From assembly GCA_030390025.1 (NCBI GenBank), contig CM059431.1:154442001-154506000 (forward strand): a stretch of DNA of 64,000 bases, written 5' to 3'. Each line of letters starts with the position of its first letter. Within the stretch, counting starts at the first letter, position 1. This document shows, piece by piece, positions 26,776 through 38,909 of this stretch. The DNA comes from Squalus acanthias. Lineage: Eukaryota. Made by a program: the position numbers and the translations under genes. The notes below the pieces were generated by a model, which searched no databases, was not told where the DNA came from, and worked only from the letters and a program-made list of their open reading frames with translations.

Positions 26776-27537
26776 GGCACGAAAATTAAACCTAATACGC
26801 GAGAGTACGCACTGTGTACTCTCGCGTATTAGATCTCGAATTGCCGGTTTACTGCATGCACTGCATATGTGCGGGAAACCGGCACTTCGTGAATTGCAAA
26901 GGGGGCGGTTCCTAATGAACCGCGTGCGCGCTACATGTTGTGCACACGCAGTGCACTTAGTTTTGTCTTCAGCTTTGAACGCGCAGGTAAGTGGTGAAGA
27001 TTTTACTCATAAAGAAAGCAGGCGTAGGACCCCCTTTTAACAAGGTAAGTAGTTAATTAAGTGTTATTTTAATTTTTTTTCAACAGGTTTATCTTTTTTA
27101 GAGACTTTAAAGAAAGGTAAGTTCATTTTTATAAATTTTAAAAAGATTTAACATTTTTGAAATAGTTTAATTTTTTGTTTAAAGTGATTAAGTTTTTTTA
27201 ACTATACTTATTTTATTAATGTGATGGCTTTTTTTAAATTTAATTGAGGTTTAGCTGTTCTTTTGTGGGTTTGTAGTATTCATAGCTTTGAAATCTCTTG
27301 CTGTCAAAACTATGAATGAAAGATGGTGTGCTGCCATTGGCAGTAACTGAATCACGTGATCCCAGAGCTCGCACGAACTAATTGCGCCTCTGGGAACGCA
27401 CACACTGCGCGGTTGCAACAAGAAGAGTCTCTGAAACTAAAGTTCGTGTGGGCCCCAAACAAAAAGGTAGGCGCGGAGTGCGATATCGCGGGGAATCCTT
27501 ACCTCCGCGGGAACCATCGATGTTTAATTTCTGGGCC
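26776..27537 (-). mobile_element. MITE family A (~730-760 bp), putatively PIF/Harbinger-type
   Basis: Imperfect 12-bp TIRs (ggcacgaaaatt / aatttctgggcc), att/ata flanks, GC-rich arms around an AT-rich core; homologous to three other copies. Confidence 0.85.
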
Positions 27538-27582
27538 ATATATATAAGCTCATTTATATTGGAGCGGATATGATCAGATAAT

Positions 27583-28305
27583 GGCCCAGAAATTGATCTC
27601 GCTCTGTTCCCGCGGGGGTAAGGAGCAGGCGCGATCTCTCACTCCGCGTTGGCTTTTTCAGATCCAGCTCGCACGAACTTGATGTTCCAGACATCAGCTG
27701 GGCAGTGCTTGCGTATCCCACCGGCGCAGTGAATTCGTGCGAGCTGTGGGATCACGTGACTCAGTTAGAGCCAATGGCAGCACACCATCTTCCATTCATC
27801 AGTTTCACATCCGTGCTGTGAAAGCTATGAATCTTACACCGCCCCAAAATAACAGCTAAACCTCAATTAAATTAAAAAAAACATCACATTATTAAAATAA
27901 GTATATTTAAATAAATTAACCATTTTAAATAAAAAATAAAATTTTTGAAAAAATTTAAAATCTTTTAAAAAGTTATAAAAATAAACTTACCTGTCTTTAA
28001 AGTCTCTAAAAAAGATATACCTGTTAAAAAAAAATCAAAATAATGCTTAATTCACTACTTACCTTGTTAAAAGTGGGTCTTACTCCTCCTTTTTCCATTT
28101 CTAAAATCTTCCGTCCTTACCTGCGCGTCCTAAGCAATAAGTGCAAAGCGTGCGCGCAGCCTGTAGCGCGCACGCGGTGCACCGAGGAACCGCCCCCTTT
28201 TCCAAAGACCAAGTGCCGGTTTTCAGCGCATGCGCAGTGCATGCAGAAAACCGGCAATTGGAGAGAGAATACGCGAGAGTACGCAGCGGGATCAATTTTT
28301 GGCCC
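27583..28305 (+). mobile_element. MITE family A
   Basis: TIRs ggcccagaaatt / aatttttggccc; 3-bp TSD aat on both sides. Confidence 0.9.
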
Positions 28306-28427
28306 AATATCGTGGGTAGGCAATAGGCAGATAGACAAAATCATTTTCCCATACAAGATACACATATCACACTGGAATGAAAGCAATGCTTGGCAGACAA
28401 GAGTTACTTGGGCTTGCAGAGAAAATG

Positions 28428-28954
28428 CACTCACACCGTTTTGCAAGACTTTGTCGCTGCTGTTGCGAAAAGTCTAAGTACAGCAGGAAATGGACTGACA
28501 CGATTGCTGGAAAACGGATACACGTGCGCTGACGACAGATTTAGAACATTTTCACGGTTTCTCTTTGGTCTCTCCTCACGGCTTTCAACTGATCGGCTTG
28601 AGCGGAAATTAGGTCAATTTCCTTCTGAAGCAATCCCTTGTGTGTCGGATTGGCTGAAAAAAAATGTCGAAAAACGCGTTACAAACTTAGAAGATGGGCA
28701 AACCCAAAGGACCTTTTTAAAGATATTGGATTATTTCCGTGATTTCGGAGATACAAACCTTAAGAGGGCCGCGCTAACACCGATTAAGCAGACAATTTTC
28801 ACACAATGTCGTCTTAAACCTTTTGACTTTGCGATTCTTTCAACCACGTTAAGGCCGTTGAAATCGTAGAAGAGCTGAATCTGGACACTTGCCAGGTTGA
28901 AGATGAAGGGTTCCGTCAGCTGGAGACAATGCTGCTCAAATGTAAAATACTCAG
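28428..28954 (+). pseudogene. NLR gene 1, 3' part of the NACHT exon (winged helix, HD2, first LRR); 5' part deleted; frameshift near 28860
   Basis: HTVLQDFVAAVAK...DDRFRTFSRFLFGLSS...LKPFDFAILS, then EELNLDTCQVEDEGFRQLETMLLKCKIL R|gtattg. Confidence 0.9.
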
Positions 28955-29319
28955 GTATTGCGCAGAAATAGTTACATCAACTCTTTCACTGGCATGTGTG
29001 ATATTATTATTTAAGTGAAAAGCAAAAACACTTTATCCATTCGATCAGTTAATGAACACATTCACGCATTCGCCTCTATGCTGTGCTCAATGGAACGGTA
29101 AGAGACGGCGCCGATGTGTCTGTTCCGGAAATACCTGTAATTGCTGGAATGCTCATTTAAATAGATCGGTTTGGGTGTTGACAACATCAAATTCGATTTT
29201 AACGCACTCTTCGTACCACGTGAGAATCTGGTATAATCAGTGCGATACACTCACCTCACCTTGACCATCATATATTACATCTCTGTTGGGAATTAAACAC
29301 AATTTCAAAGAACTTTATA

Positions 29320-29590
29320 GCATAATAGGAGGCCATTCGGCCCACAGTTTTCTAATTAGTTCCGCTTCCCTGCTCTTTCCCCATAGCCCTGCAATTAGAT
29401 ACCCTCCAAGTATTCAACCAATTCCCGTTCGAAAGTTACTATTGAATCTGCTTCCACTAGCCAGTCAGGAAGTACATTCTAAACGAGAACAACTCGCTGC
29501 ATCAAGCATATCTCCTCATCTCACCTCTATTTATTGCCAATTAACTTAAAATTGTGTCCTCCAGTAACTGATCCTCCCGCCATAGGAAAA
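29320..29590 (-). mobile_element. Old CR1 3' fragment in an NLR intron
   Basis: aggaggccattcggcccac tail-like sequence followed by degenerate ORF2 C-terminus. Confidence 0.55.
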
Positions 29591-30449
29591 TTTTTCATTA
29601 AGAAAATATCTGGCTTTGTTTTAAACAATGACAATAAATGTTAAAGAAAACTGTTTTATTTGGCAGCTTGATTAAATTACAAGTGAGTTATTACCGTCCT
29701 GTTAGAAAGTTCCCAATTTCTCGATCATACCGGATTTGCCGACTCAATACCTTGTTGTTGAGATCAATTATGCTAAGTGAGACAGCTAGATGTGTGTTCG
29801 CCTCTGCGAATCCTAAAACTCTGAATACACTTTCTAGCGGCACAGTTACGTTAAGGCATTATTCGAGGCCGACAGGAAAGGAATATGCGACAGAATATCA
29901 CTCCACCTGTTATTAGGCATATTAGATTGATGTGTTATAATTCCCCCTCAGTCGATTGTCCAATAAACTTCTCAGAAAATTCTTCTTGTTTTGGCATGAA
30001 TGCATTTTTAACCTGAGTGCATAAAAAATATACTTCTCCTACAGTAGAGACAAGGTCGGAAGTACGGTCCCTATATTTACCTCAAATTTATTCTTTTAAT
30101 AAAAGGAAGCATCCCGTGAGAGAAATTTGTACTGGATTCCTCTTCGTTACAGACCACCCGTTTACAGCATTTAACCTGTCAACTACTCAGTACCTACTTT
30201 ACATGTAACCGTTTTATAACGTGTGGTTATATTTGGACATCGGACATTAGAGTAACTTCCGGGTTACTGCTTTTACCACATATGATACATGCAAGTAACT
30301 TAATGAAAATCACAGAATTGCATTTAAATTACTGGTCTTATATTCGACTTTTTAAGGTCCAACGTGTTAAATATATCACTTAATTGACACTATTTCCTGT
30401 CTGCTGCATTATTCCATATTCATTAATGATTTTATTTATTTGTTTTTAG

Positions 30450-30536
30450 ACTAAATGAGAATAAACTGGAAGATTCGGGAGTGAAACGGCTCTCTGCAGT
30501 TCTAAAGAAAAATGTTTGTAAAATACAGAGACTGGA
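30450..30536 (+). pseudogene. NLR gene 1, LRR exon (87 nt, ribonuclease-inhibitor-type repeat)
   Basis: tttttag acceptor, GA|gtgagt donor, phase 2-2; LNENKLEDSGVKRLSAVLKKNVCKIQRLE. Confidence 0.9.
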
Positions 30537-30810
30537 GTGAGTAAATTTTAAAAAATTCGTACATCACCACGAGAGAGATATTTATATATAAAAATACGAA
30601 TTACAGTGTTAATGATAACCAGTCGATCTCACTGTTCAATTTACGTTAAAACGGAAGTAATTTAGAAAGGGTTGAGTATGCATATATCATGAACAGGATC
30701 CACCTCCGCCCACCTTCATTTTGGAATTCCACAGTAATTATTTGCATTTGGCAAACATTTAACGTGTGTGTCTTTTTATACAATCTGCGTTTATTTTCCG
30801 ATCACTGCAG

Positions 30811-31002
30811 GTTGAAATCTAACGCTCACAGAGATGAGTGTGTGCAAAGTCTGGTCTCTGCTCTCCGTATAAACGCTTCACTGATGGAGCTGGATCTGAG
30901 TAACGATCATCAGGATGGCGAGCAGGCCAACAGATTGACTGAAAGTTCTGTTCCGTTATTGCGCAGTCTCATCCAGAGTAGCGATACTCTAAAGGAAATC
31001 AG
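30811..31002 (+). pseudogene. NLR gene 1, LRR exon (192 nt)
   Basis: ctgcag acceptor, AG|gtgatt donor, phase 2-2; LKSNAHRDECVQSLVSALRINASLMELDLSN...NRLTESSVPLLRSLIQSSDTLKEIR. Confidence 0.9.
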
Positions 31003-31248
31003 GTGATTATTTTTCCGGTTTATCTATTTATTATTTAAATGTTCTTTCACGTGTAAAATATATTTTCATATTTTAACTTTAATAAATTGACTTGTAATGG
31101 AAGATACATCGTCATTATTTTGAGGAGAATGTATCGCCTCCATACGAGTAAACACATATATTTTGAATGAATCTTACAATATCGCTACACATAGTGAACA
31201 GAATACACCTTATTGATAACAATTTTCTTTATTTTAATATTTTTACAG

Positions 31249-31309
31249 GTTGATACGCAATCAGCACATTGCAGATGAAAAGCAAATTCTGACGTCAATC
31301 AATGTATAG
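31249..31309 (+). pseudogene. NLR gene 1, probable terminal coding exon
   Basis: ttttacag acceptor in phase 2; LIRNQHIADEKQILTSINV* (a further TGA at 31334-31336). Confidence 0.6.
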
Positions 31310-32954
31310 GATCACTTCACTGTAATTAAAGAATGAAGAATTGTTTACTATGAAGAATGTTTTACGTAAATAATCTAATTATTTTTTGGGTTACACTCTA
31401 TATAATGTAACCTAATTTTGAACAAGTTTTCGGGACGTGCGCTAGAGGAAAAAAAACACACTTGGAACTGTGTAATCTCGAGGAGATTTAAACTCACGGT
31501 TTCCGAGTCGGGGGGCCGCCGTGTCAACTTTCAACAAAGATATACCGCCTGCTCCGGTATCTGTGAACCGTGAGCCAAGTCATGAAAAATTGTATTAACA
31601 CAAAACCTTGCACTGATTACTATTAACCCCACTTATGTGTCAGGATTTACACGCATTAATTGCACTGCTCGACTTTTCTGTACATTCAAAGAACAGGGAG
31701 CTCAGGCATTAGGATTACCAACTGCTTCACACACTGTTATCGCTGAGATCGATGTGACAATATTATTGATTAATCTACGATTATATTAGGCAGTATTTAG
31801 CTTTATTAGAACGCACTTTTCCTTTTTCAGTTAATTCATGTTAGCGAGAATTGAATCTTGTTCAAACTAAACTGATATTATATTTTGCGTTCATATGTTT
31901 AAATCAGATATGGAAAGGTACAAAGGGCGCGCAAGGGTGAAGACACCCAACTGGAAGAGAACCATTTTCATTGATTTAAGAAGGGATCTAGGAGCGCTGC
32001 ACTTGAAGGAAAAATTGGGCAGGAAAACAGTAAATTAGCAATGGCAGGCCTTTGTGGACATATATTTAGTGTACAAACGAAGCGTATGCACATAAGGAGG
32101 ACATTTGGGGCTTCGAACGCTCAAGCACCCTGGGTGACAAAGAAATATAATGTAAAATAAAACAGAAAAAGGATGTTTATGAAAAAATTCAGGTACAGGT
32201 TACTTAACAAAACCAGGCAGATTGTGAAGGGCAAAATTGAACAAAAAGATACAAGAAGATCAACAGATTGTACGAGGAAAGATTATTGGGTAACATAAAA
32301 TGGGACCAAGAAAACATCCTTTAAAACTTATAAAACGTAAACGGCTAGTTAATTGAACGGTGGGCCGATTAATGCTGAAGTTGAGGAGGGGATTATAAAT
32401 TGTATAAAGGACAAATATAGATAGAAAGCAGGAGCTCGATAGTTTGGAATCCTTCAAAATTAACAAGTCACCCAGACCACGTGGGATGCACCCTATGTTG
32501 TTTGACGGAAGCTAGGGTGGAGATGCCAAATCACTGAACAAAATCTTTCCATCCTGCTTGGAAATGATAATGGTGCCAGAGGACTGGAGGATTGTAAATG
32601 TTACACCCCGTTAAAAAAGACGAGGGGTTAACCCTGGTAACTACAGATCATTCAGTCTTACGTCAGTGGTGGGATAACTGCTGGAGACCTTTGTCAAAGA
32701 CACAATTAATTCTCAATTGGAGAAGCATGTGTTAATAAAGAATGGATTTATTAAAAGTAAATCGTGTCTGACTAACCTGATTTGTTTCATTGATGAATTA
32801 ATTGAAATGGTTGATAAAGGTCGTGCAGTAGAGGTGTATATGGTTTTTCAAAAAGCAAGTGATATCGTACGGCATTACAGACATATTCGGAAAATAGAGA
32901 CGCATGCTATTAAAGGACCGGTGATAAGTTTGCTACCTAATCGGCTAAGAGATA

Positions 32955-35900
32955 CCAGCGGCGGAGCATAAAACCGTGGGGAAACAGCGCTGACCTGATT
33001 GGAAACGCCAGGAGAGGCAGAACCGTCGACGATTTCCAAAAGAAATCGAAGAGTGGAGTCACAAGACAGCAGTTGGTGATTGGTTGGTGAGTATTACGTT
33101 TTTTTTTCGCTAACATCGGATAGTGGTTTAAAACTCGGTGCAGGACACTATAACTGTATTACATTTATACATTAACTAGTTAAACTATTTAATTAAATAT
33201 AACAATCTTTGAATAAATTATATTAGCTCATTAAATGAATAAAACAAGCTCGTCTAAGATATGGCTAGGCAGGTTGTGTGTCTGGATTGCAGTATGTGGG
33301 AGTTGTGGACGGCGAGACTGTCCTGAGGAAACACGTCAGCAGGAGATGTCTCCATCTTGAATTTCTCCGGCTCACAGTCCTTGAGCTGAAGTGCGAGTTG
33401 GAGAAACCCCGACACATAAGGGAGCGAGAGGAATTTCTGGACAGTTTTAGCCAGAATACAGTCACACCCGAAAGGAAAGCACAGGTTCAGGAAGGGAAGG
33501 GTTTGACTGCGAGGGAGCCGTGTAGCGGGGATATACGAGAGGTTGAGAAGGAGGTCGCCCAGATACTGGTCCTGTCCAACAGGTATGATGTACTCGCTAC
33601 CTGTGAGGAGAAGGTGAACGACTGCAGGGAGGAAAGCCACAATGCACACCAAGACACCATGGCTCAGAAGACTGTCCAGGGAACGGGTGCGGAAGAGCAG
33701 AATATATCTGTCGCAGTGATAGGGGACTCTATAATTAGGATGATAGATAGCCTCGTCTGCTGCCATGAACGATAATCCCGAAGCGTGTGTTGCCTACCTC
33801 GTGCCAGGGTAAGGGATATCTCACGGCGGCTGGAGAGGAACTTGGATATGGAGTGGTTAAATCCAGTTGTCATGGTCCATTTTGGAACAAACGACATAGG
33901 CAGGAACAGGGAGGAGGTCATGCTGCAAGTGTTTCAATAGATAAGCTCTAAATTAAAAGGCCTCCTCGAGTTTTATAATCTGCGGGTTATTGCCCGATTT
34001 ATGTGCAAATTGGCAGAGAAGCAGACAGATCAGGAACATTAACACGTGTCTAAAGGGCTGGTGTGGGGAAGCGGGGTTCCTTTTCATGGGACACTGGCAC
34101 CAGCCCTGGGACAGGAAGGAGCTGTACCGATGGGACAGGCTGCACCCGAACCGGGATGGGAGCCGTGTCCTAGCAGAAATTGTAAATAGGAGGTGGCAAA
34201 GGATTAACACTGGTAAGAATGGGGGAGGGATCTACAAGAAACGTAAGCAGCTAAAACCTAACAGGAAAAGTGAGCATAAGGAAAGAATAAAGTAAGGGAG
34301 GATATTGACGGCAAGGGAGCAAATAAAGTTATAGAACAGCAGTCGAAAAAGATGGTTAAACATAAAAAGAGAGGAAATGCTATTAAAAATGAGTTAACAT
34401 ATCTGTACAACAATGCACGCAGTGTCTGAATTAAAACAGGGGAGCTGGAGGCAATCATGCGTTGGGAGGAACCAGACATAGTAAGATTATTAAGACATGG
34501 CTACAGAAAAATCAGGGTGGGAATTAAACATTGCAGATTATAACATATTTCGAAAAGATAGAGAGGACAAAAGGGGGCGGGGGATGGAATAGCTGATGAG
34601 GGATACCATAATGGCAGTAGAAAAAAGGGATGTAGATATCAGCGTGACAAAAATAGAATCCATATGGATAGAGATAAAAGGTAATAAACGATCAATCAGC
34701 CTAATAGGTGTAGTCTACAGACCACCTAATAGTGAAAAGGAGGTGCAGGAAGAACTATACAGACAAATTAGAGCATGAGTAAAAAACAAAGAATAATAAC
34801 TATGGGGTATTTCAACTACCCCGATAATAATTGGACAGAAGAGGTAATTAAAGGGTATAATAGAATCGAGTTCCTACAGTGTCTACAGGAAAACTTTCTA
34901 TTTCAATATATAAAAAAGCCCAACTAGTTAGGATTCGCTATTGGATCTAATTATGGGGATTGAGCCAGAGCAGATAAGAGAAGTAAAAGCAGGTAAACAT
35001 ATGTGCAATAACAACAGAAAACGCTGGAAAAACTCAGCAGGCCAGGCAGCATCCGTGGAGAGAGAAAGAGAGTTAACGTTTCAGGTCGATGACCTTTCGT
35101 CAGAACATATGTGCAATCGTCACCATAATATAATACGCTTTAAGATGACAATAGAGAAGGAAGTCATGACAAATTGCCAAGTGAATAGGTTTGAGAAATG
35201 TTGATTTTGAGGGGCTGAGAATATAATTTGTGTAGATAAAATGGGCAACAATATTGGCAGCAACGATGTAGAACGACAACGGGAAACATTTAAAACAGTG
35301 TTCAAAAAAGTGCAGGAAAATATATATTCCGCTCAAAGTGAAGTACAAGTTAAACACTAATACCAATTCATGGATGAAAAAAGTCAAAAGGAAATAATTA
35401 AGTTTATGGAAGAGGCATACATTAAGTACACAGACAGCAGAGGAGTGCATGATAAGAGAGAATACGAAGGGATTAGGAGAGAAGTCAAAAAGCCAATAAG
35501 CTCGGCAAAGAGGAACTATGAAATTAAATTATCAAGGAACAGAAAGAGAAATAGTAAAATATTTTACAGACACATCAATAAAATAGGAAGGTTGGGATGG
35601 GAATATGGCCCTTAAGTGATGGACAGGACAATACCACAGGTAACGATAGGGAGATGGCAGAAATATTAAATCATTTTTTCGCTTCGGTATTTACCAGGGA
35701 GATAGAACAGGTGGACATTACGTTGGATAATGAGATGAGTAATATGATAAGTGCATTTAAAAAAGAAAAAGAAGATATATTAAATAAACTAATCAACCTT
35801 AAGGAGGATAAAACTCCTGGTCTGGATGGATTGCATCCACGCATATTATTAGAATCTAGGGAAGAGATAGCAGAAGCATTACAACACATATTTACTAATT

Positions 35901-37380
35901 CGTTAGAAAATGTGTAATGTCAGAGGACTGGCGGATAGCTAACGTAATCTCAATATTCAAGAAAGGGGATAGAACATGTCCAGGGAAGTATAGACCAGTC
36001 AGCTTAACATCGGTGGTAGGAAAAATAATGGAATCCCTACTAAAGGAGAGAATAGAATAACATCTAGAAACGAAAAGTATAATCATGAATAGTCAGCATG
36101 GATTTCAAAAGCAAAATTCTTGCTTGACCAACCTTATTGAATATTTTAAAGAAGTAACAGAGAGAGTAGACAATGGTAATTCAGTAGATGTAATGTATCT
36201 AGATTTTCAAAAGGCCTCCGATAAGCTACCTTAAAATAAACAAATGAATAATGTCAGAGAATGCAGAGCCAGGAGACAAGCAGCAGAATGGATTGCTCGC
36301 TGGCTTCCAGACAGAAAGCAGAGAGTGGGAGTAAAGGGTAGCTATTCACAGTGGCAAAAGGTGGGTCGTGCTGTTCCACAACGATCAGTGCTGGGATCAC
36401 TGCTGTTCACAATTTACATTAACGAGTTACATTTTGGAATGAAAAACACAATTTCTAAATTTGCGGATGATAGCAAATTGGGGGTTGCGGGATAGATCAT
36501 GCCGAAGATGATTGCAACAAATTACAGGAGGACATTAATAAACTTGCAGAATGGACACATAATTGGCAAATCAAGTTCAACACAGGCAAATGTGAGGTAT
36601 TATATTTTGGTATGAAGTATGGGGAGGTCACTTATCACTTGGAGGGTGCGTGTCTAGGTGGGATATTGGAACAAAGGGATCTCGGAGTGCAAATACACAA
36701 ATCACTAAAAGTTGCGCCACAGGTTAGCAGGACCATTAAAATGCAAACCAAGCAAAAGGCTTTATTTCTAGACGGATATAATTGAAAAATAGGGAAGTTA
36801 TGCTAAACCTGTATCGAACCTTGGTTAGATCACACTTGGAGTACTGTGTGTAGTTCTGATCGCCTAATTATAAAAAGGATATAGAGGCACTGGAGAGGGT
36901 GCAGAGAAGATTTACCAGAAATGCGAGGGTATACTTATCAGGAAAGGATAAACATGCTGGGACTCTTTTCACTTGAAAAAAGAATGCTGAGAGGTGACCT
37001 GATAGAGGTATATGAAATTATGAGAGGTTTTGCTAGAGTGGATACAGAGATAATGCTTCGACTTCTGGGGTGAAGTATAACTAGAGGCCATCAATATAAG
37101 ATATTCACAAAGAGAATCATTAGCAAATTCAGCAGAGTCATTGCCAGAGAGTGGTGAGAATGTGGAACTCGCTGCACAGGGAGTGGTTGAAGCGAAAAGT
37201 ATTGATGCATTGAAGGGGAGGCTTGACAAACATATGAGGGCGAACGGAATAGAGGTTTATTCTGATAGATTTAGATGAAGAAAGACGGGAGGAGGATCGA
37301 GTGGAGCATAAGCACTGGCATGTGTTAGTTTGACCGAAAGGCCTGTTTCTGTGCCGTATATCCCATGTAATCCTATGTAA
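32955..37380 (+). mobile_element. Apparently full-length CR1 LINE, decayed
   Basis: 5' UTR; ORF1 from ATG 33261 (MARQVVCLDCSMW, VIGDSIIR, VHFGTNDIG); APE ~34400; RT ~35900-36900; tail ending cctatgtaa. Confidence 0.92.
35010..35103 (-). mobile_element. 94-bp solo Penelope terminal fragment carrying a minimal hammerhead ribozyme motif
   Basis: Flanked by a 14-bp direct repeat aacatatgtgcaat; matches the Penelope end at 39022-39122; minus strand reads gtt-CTGACGA-aaggtc-atc-gacct-GAAAC-GTT-aac. Confidence 0.85.
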
Positions 37381-38909
37381 GATAGGAGGCAGTGAATAGT
37401 GGTGAACGGCTGTTTCTCTGACCGGAGATAAGGCTGCAATAGAGTCCACAGCGGGCGGTATTCGGACTATTGCTTTCATTGTTACATATAAATGACCTGG
37501 ACTTGGGCATATGAAGTTCAATTGTGAAGTTTGAGGATGATACAAAACTTGGCAACGTAGTAAGTATTGAGCAGGAATGTAGAGGACTTCATGAAGATCT
37601 AGGCGGACTGGTGTAAGGTGCAGATTTACGGAAGATGAAAGTTAATGTGGATAAATGTGAAGTAATGTAATTGGGACGAACAACATGTAGCAGCAGTATA
37701 TTCTGAACGGTACTAATTTGAGGGGGTGCATGAGCAGAGGGATCTGGGGGTGCATATTCACAAATCCTTAAAGCAGCCAGGACTTCAGGGGACAGCTTTT
37801 TAGGCAGGGTGTTAATACCTTGGCGAGTGTGCAGAGGAGGTTTACCAGAATGATACCAGGGATGAGGGACTTCAGCTCCGTGGATAGATTGGTAAGACGG
37901 GACCTAATAGAGTATTCAAATTATGATAAATCAGCTAGGAAAGATATGTGTTAATGTGATTCGTATACAGGAACATTGAACACAAAGCAAGGATGTCCTG
38001 CTAAACATTTACAAATCACTGCTTAGGCCTCAGCTGCAGTATTGTGCACAAGTCAGGGCACAGCATTTTGGCCAGGATGTTCAGGCCTTAGCGAGTGTGC
38101 AGAGGAGGTTAACCAGGATGACCCCAGGGATGAGGGACTTCAGTTATGCGGAGAGATTGGTGAATCTGTGATTGTACTCATTACAGCAGAGAAGGTTAAG
38201 GCGGGAACTAATAGAAGTATTCAAAATTATGACGCGATTTCTGTACAGCAAGTAGGGCGAAACTATTTCCCTCTGGTAAGTGCTTCGATAAGCAGAAATC
38301 ATCTTTTTAAAATAATTGCCAAACGGACTAGAAGTGAAATGAGAAGAAATTATTGCACTCCAAGTTTTTATGAACTGGAATGCACTACATGAAAGGCTGG
38401 TGGAATCAGATTACATAGGTGCTTTCAAAAGCAAATTCGACTGTTATTTGAAGAAGAAGAATTTGCAGGATTATGGGGAAAATCTGGTGTGTGGAACGTA
38501 ATTAGACAGTTCTTTCAAGGAACAGGCGCAGGCAAGGCCGTCTGGTAGGCCTCCTTTTGTGCTGCAAGATTATATGATTCTATGAATTTTCGAAGATATT
38601 TGTACACATATTGTGTCATCTATGATTGCAACTTTGATGAAACACAGTTATAAGGAAAACAGCAATAAAATAACTCAGCTCAAAATCGAAAATATATAAT
38701 TCTAATTTATAACTACAAATGATGAATCGTCCCCTAATAATGTAACACCAACGAAGATAAGGTTGCGATTTCAAATTTACTTTGTATTATCTTATCTTAA
38801 CAATCATTCAATGTATCCTTCGTTTTCGGAAAATATTTTTTGAATTGTTGCAAGATAGAACCAGCGTATTAAGACAGTAATTTATTTGACTTTCAATATT
38901 TATAAATCA

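Larger units (their letters stand above)
3029..28427 (+). repeat. Tandem segmental repeat, ~4.6-kb ancestral unit in three partial copies interrupted by LINEs
   Basis: Block C 3035-4896 recurs at 12735-13960 and 25007-28427; block A 5508-7245 recurs at 18950-20685; block B 12371-12730 recurs at 20686-21030. Confidence 0.92.
31900..38580 (+). mobile_element. Old, heavily decayed CR1 ORF2 (31900-32954 and 37381-38580) split by a younger CR1
   Basis: PEDWRIVNVTP and KSCLTNL remnants; the WLRDR/RQ reading breaks at 32954 and resumes at 37381. Confidence 0.8.

Noticed and set aside
26522-28477. ORFs across the MITEs as a transposase
   Set aside because: No DDE or Myb-like motifs; frames are not conserved among the four copies
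28390-28869. 159-aa ORF as an intact gene
   Set aside because: The first ~13 codons are intronic repeat sequence fused by deletion, and the ORF ends in a frameshift
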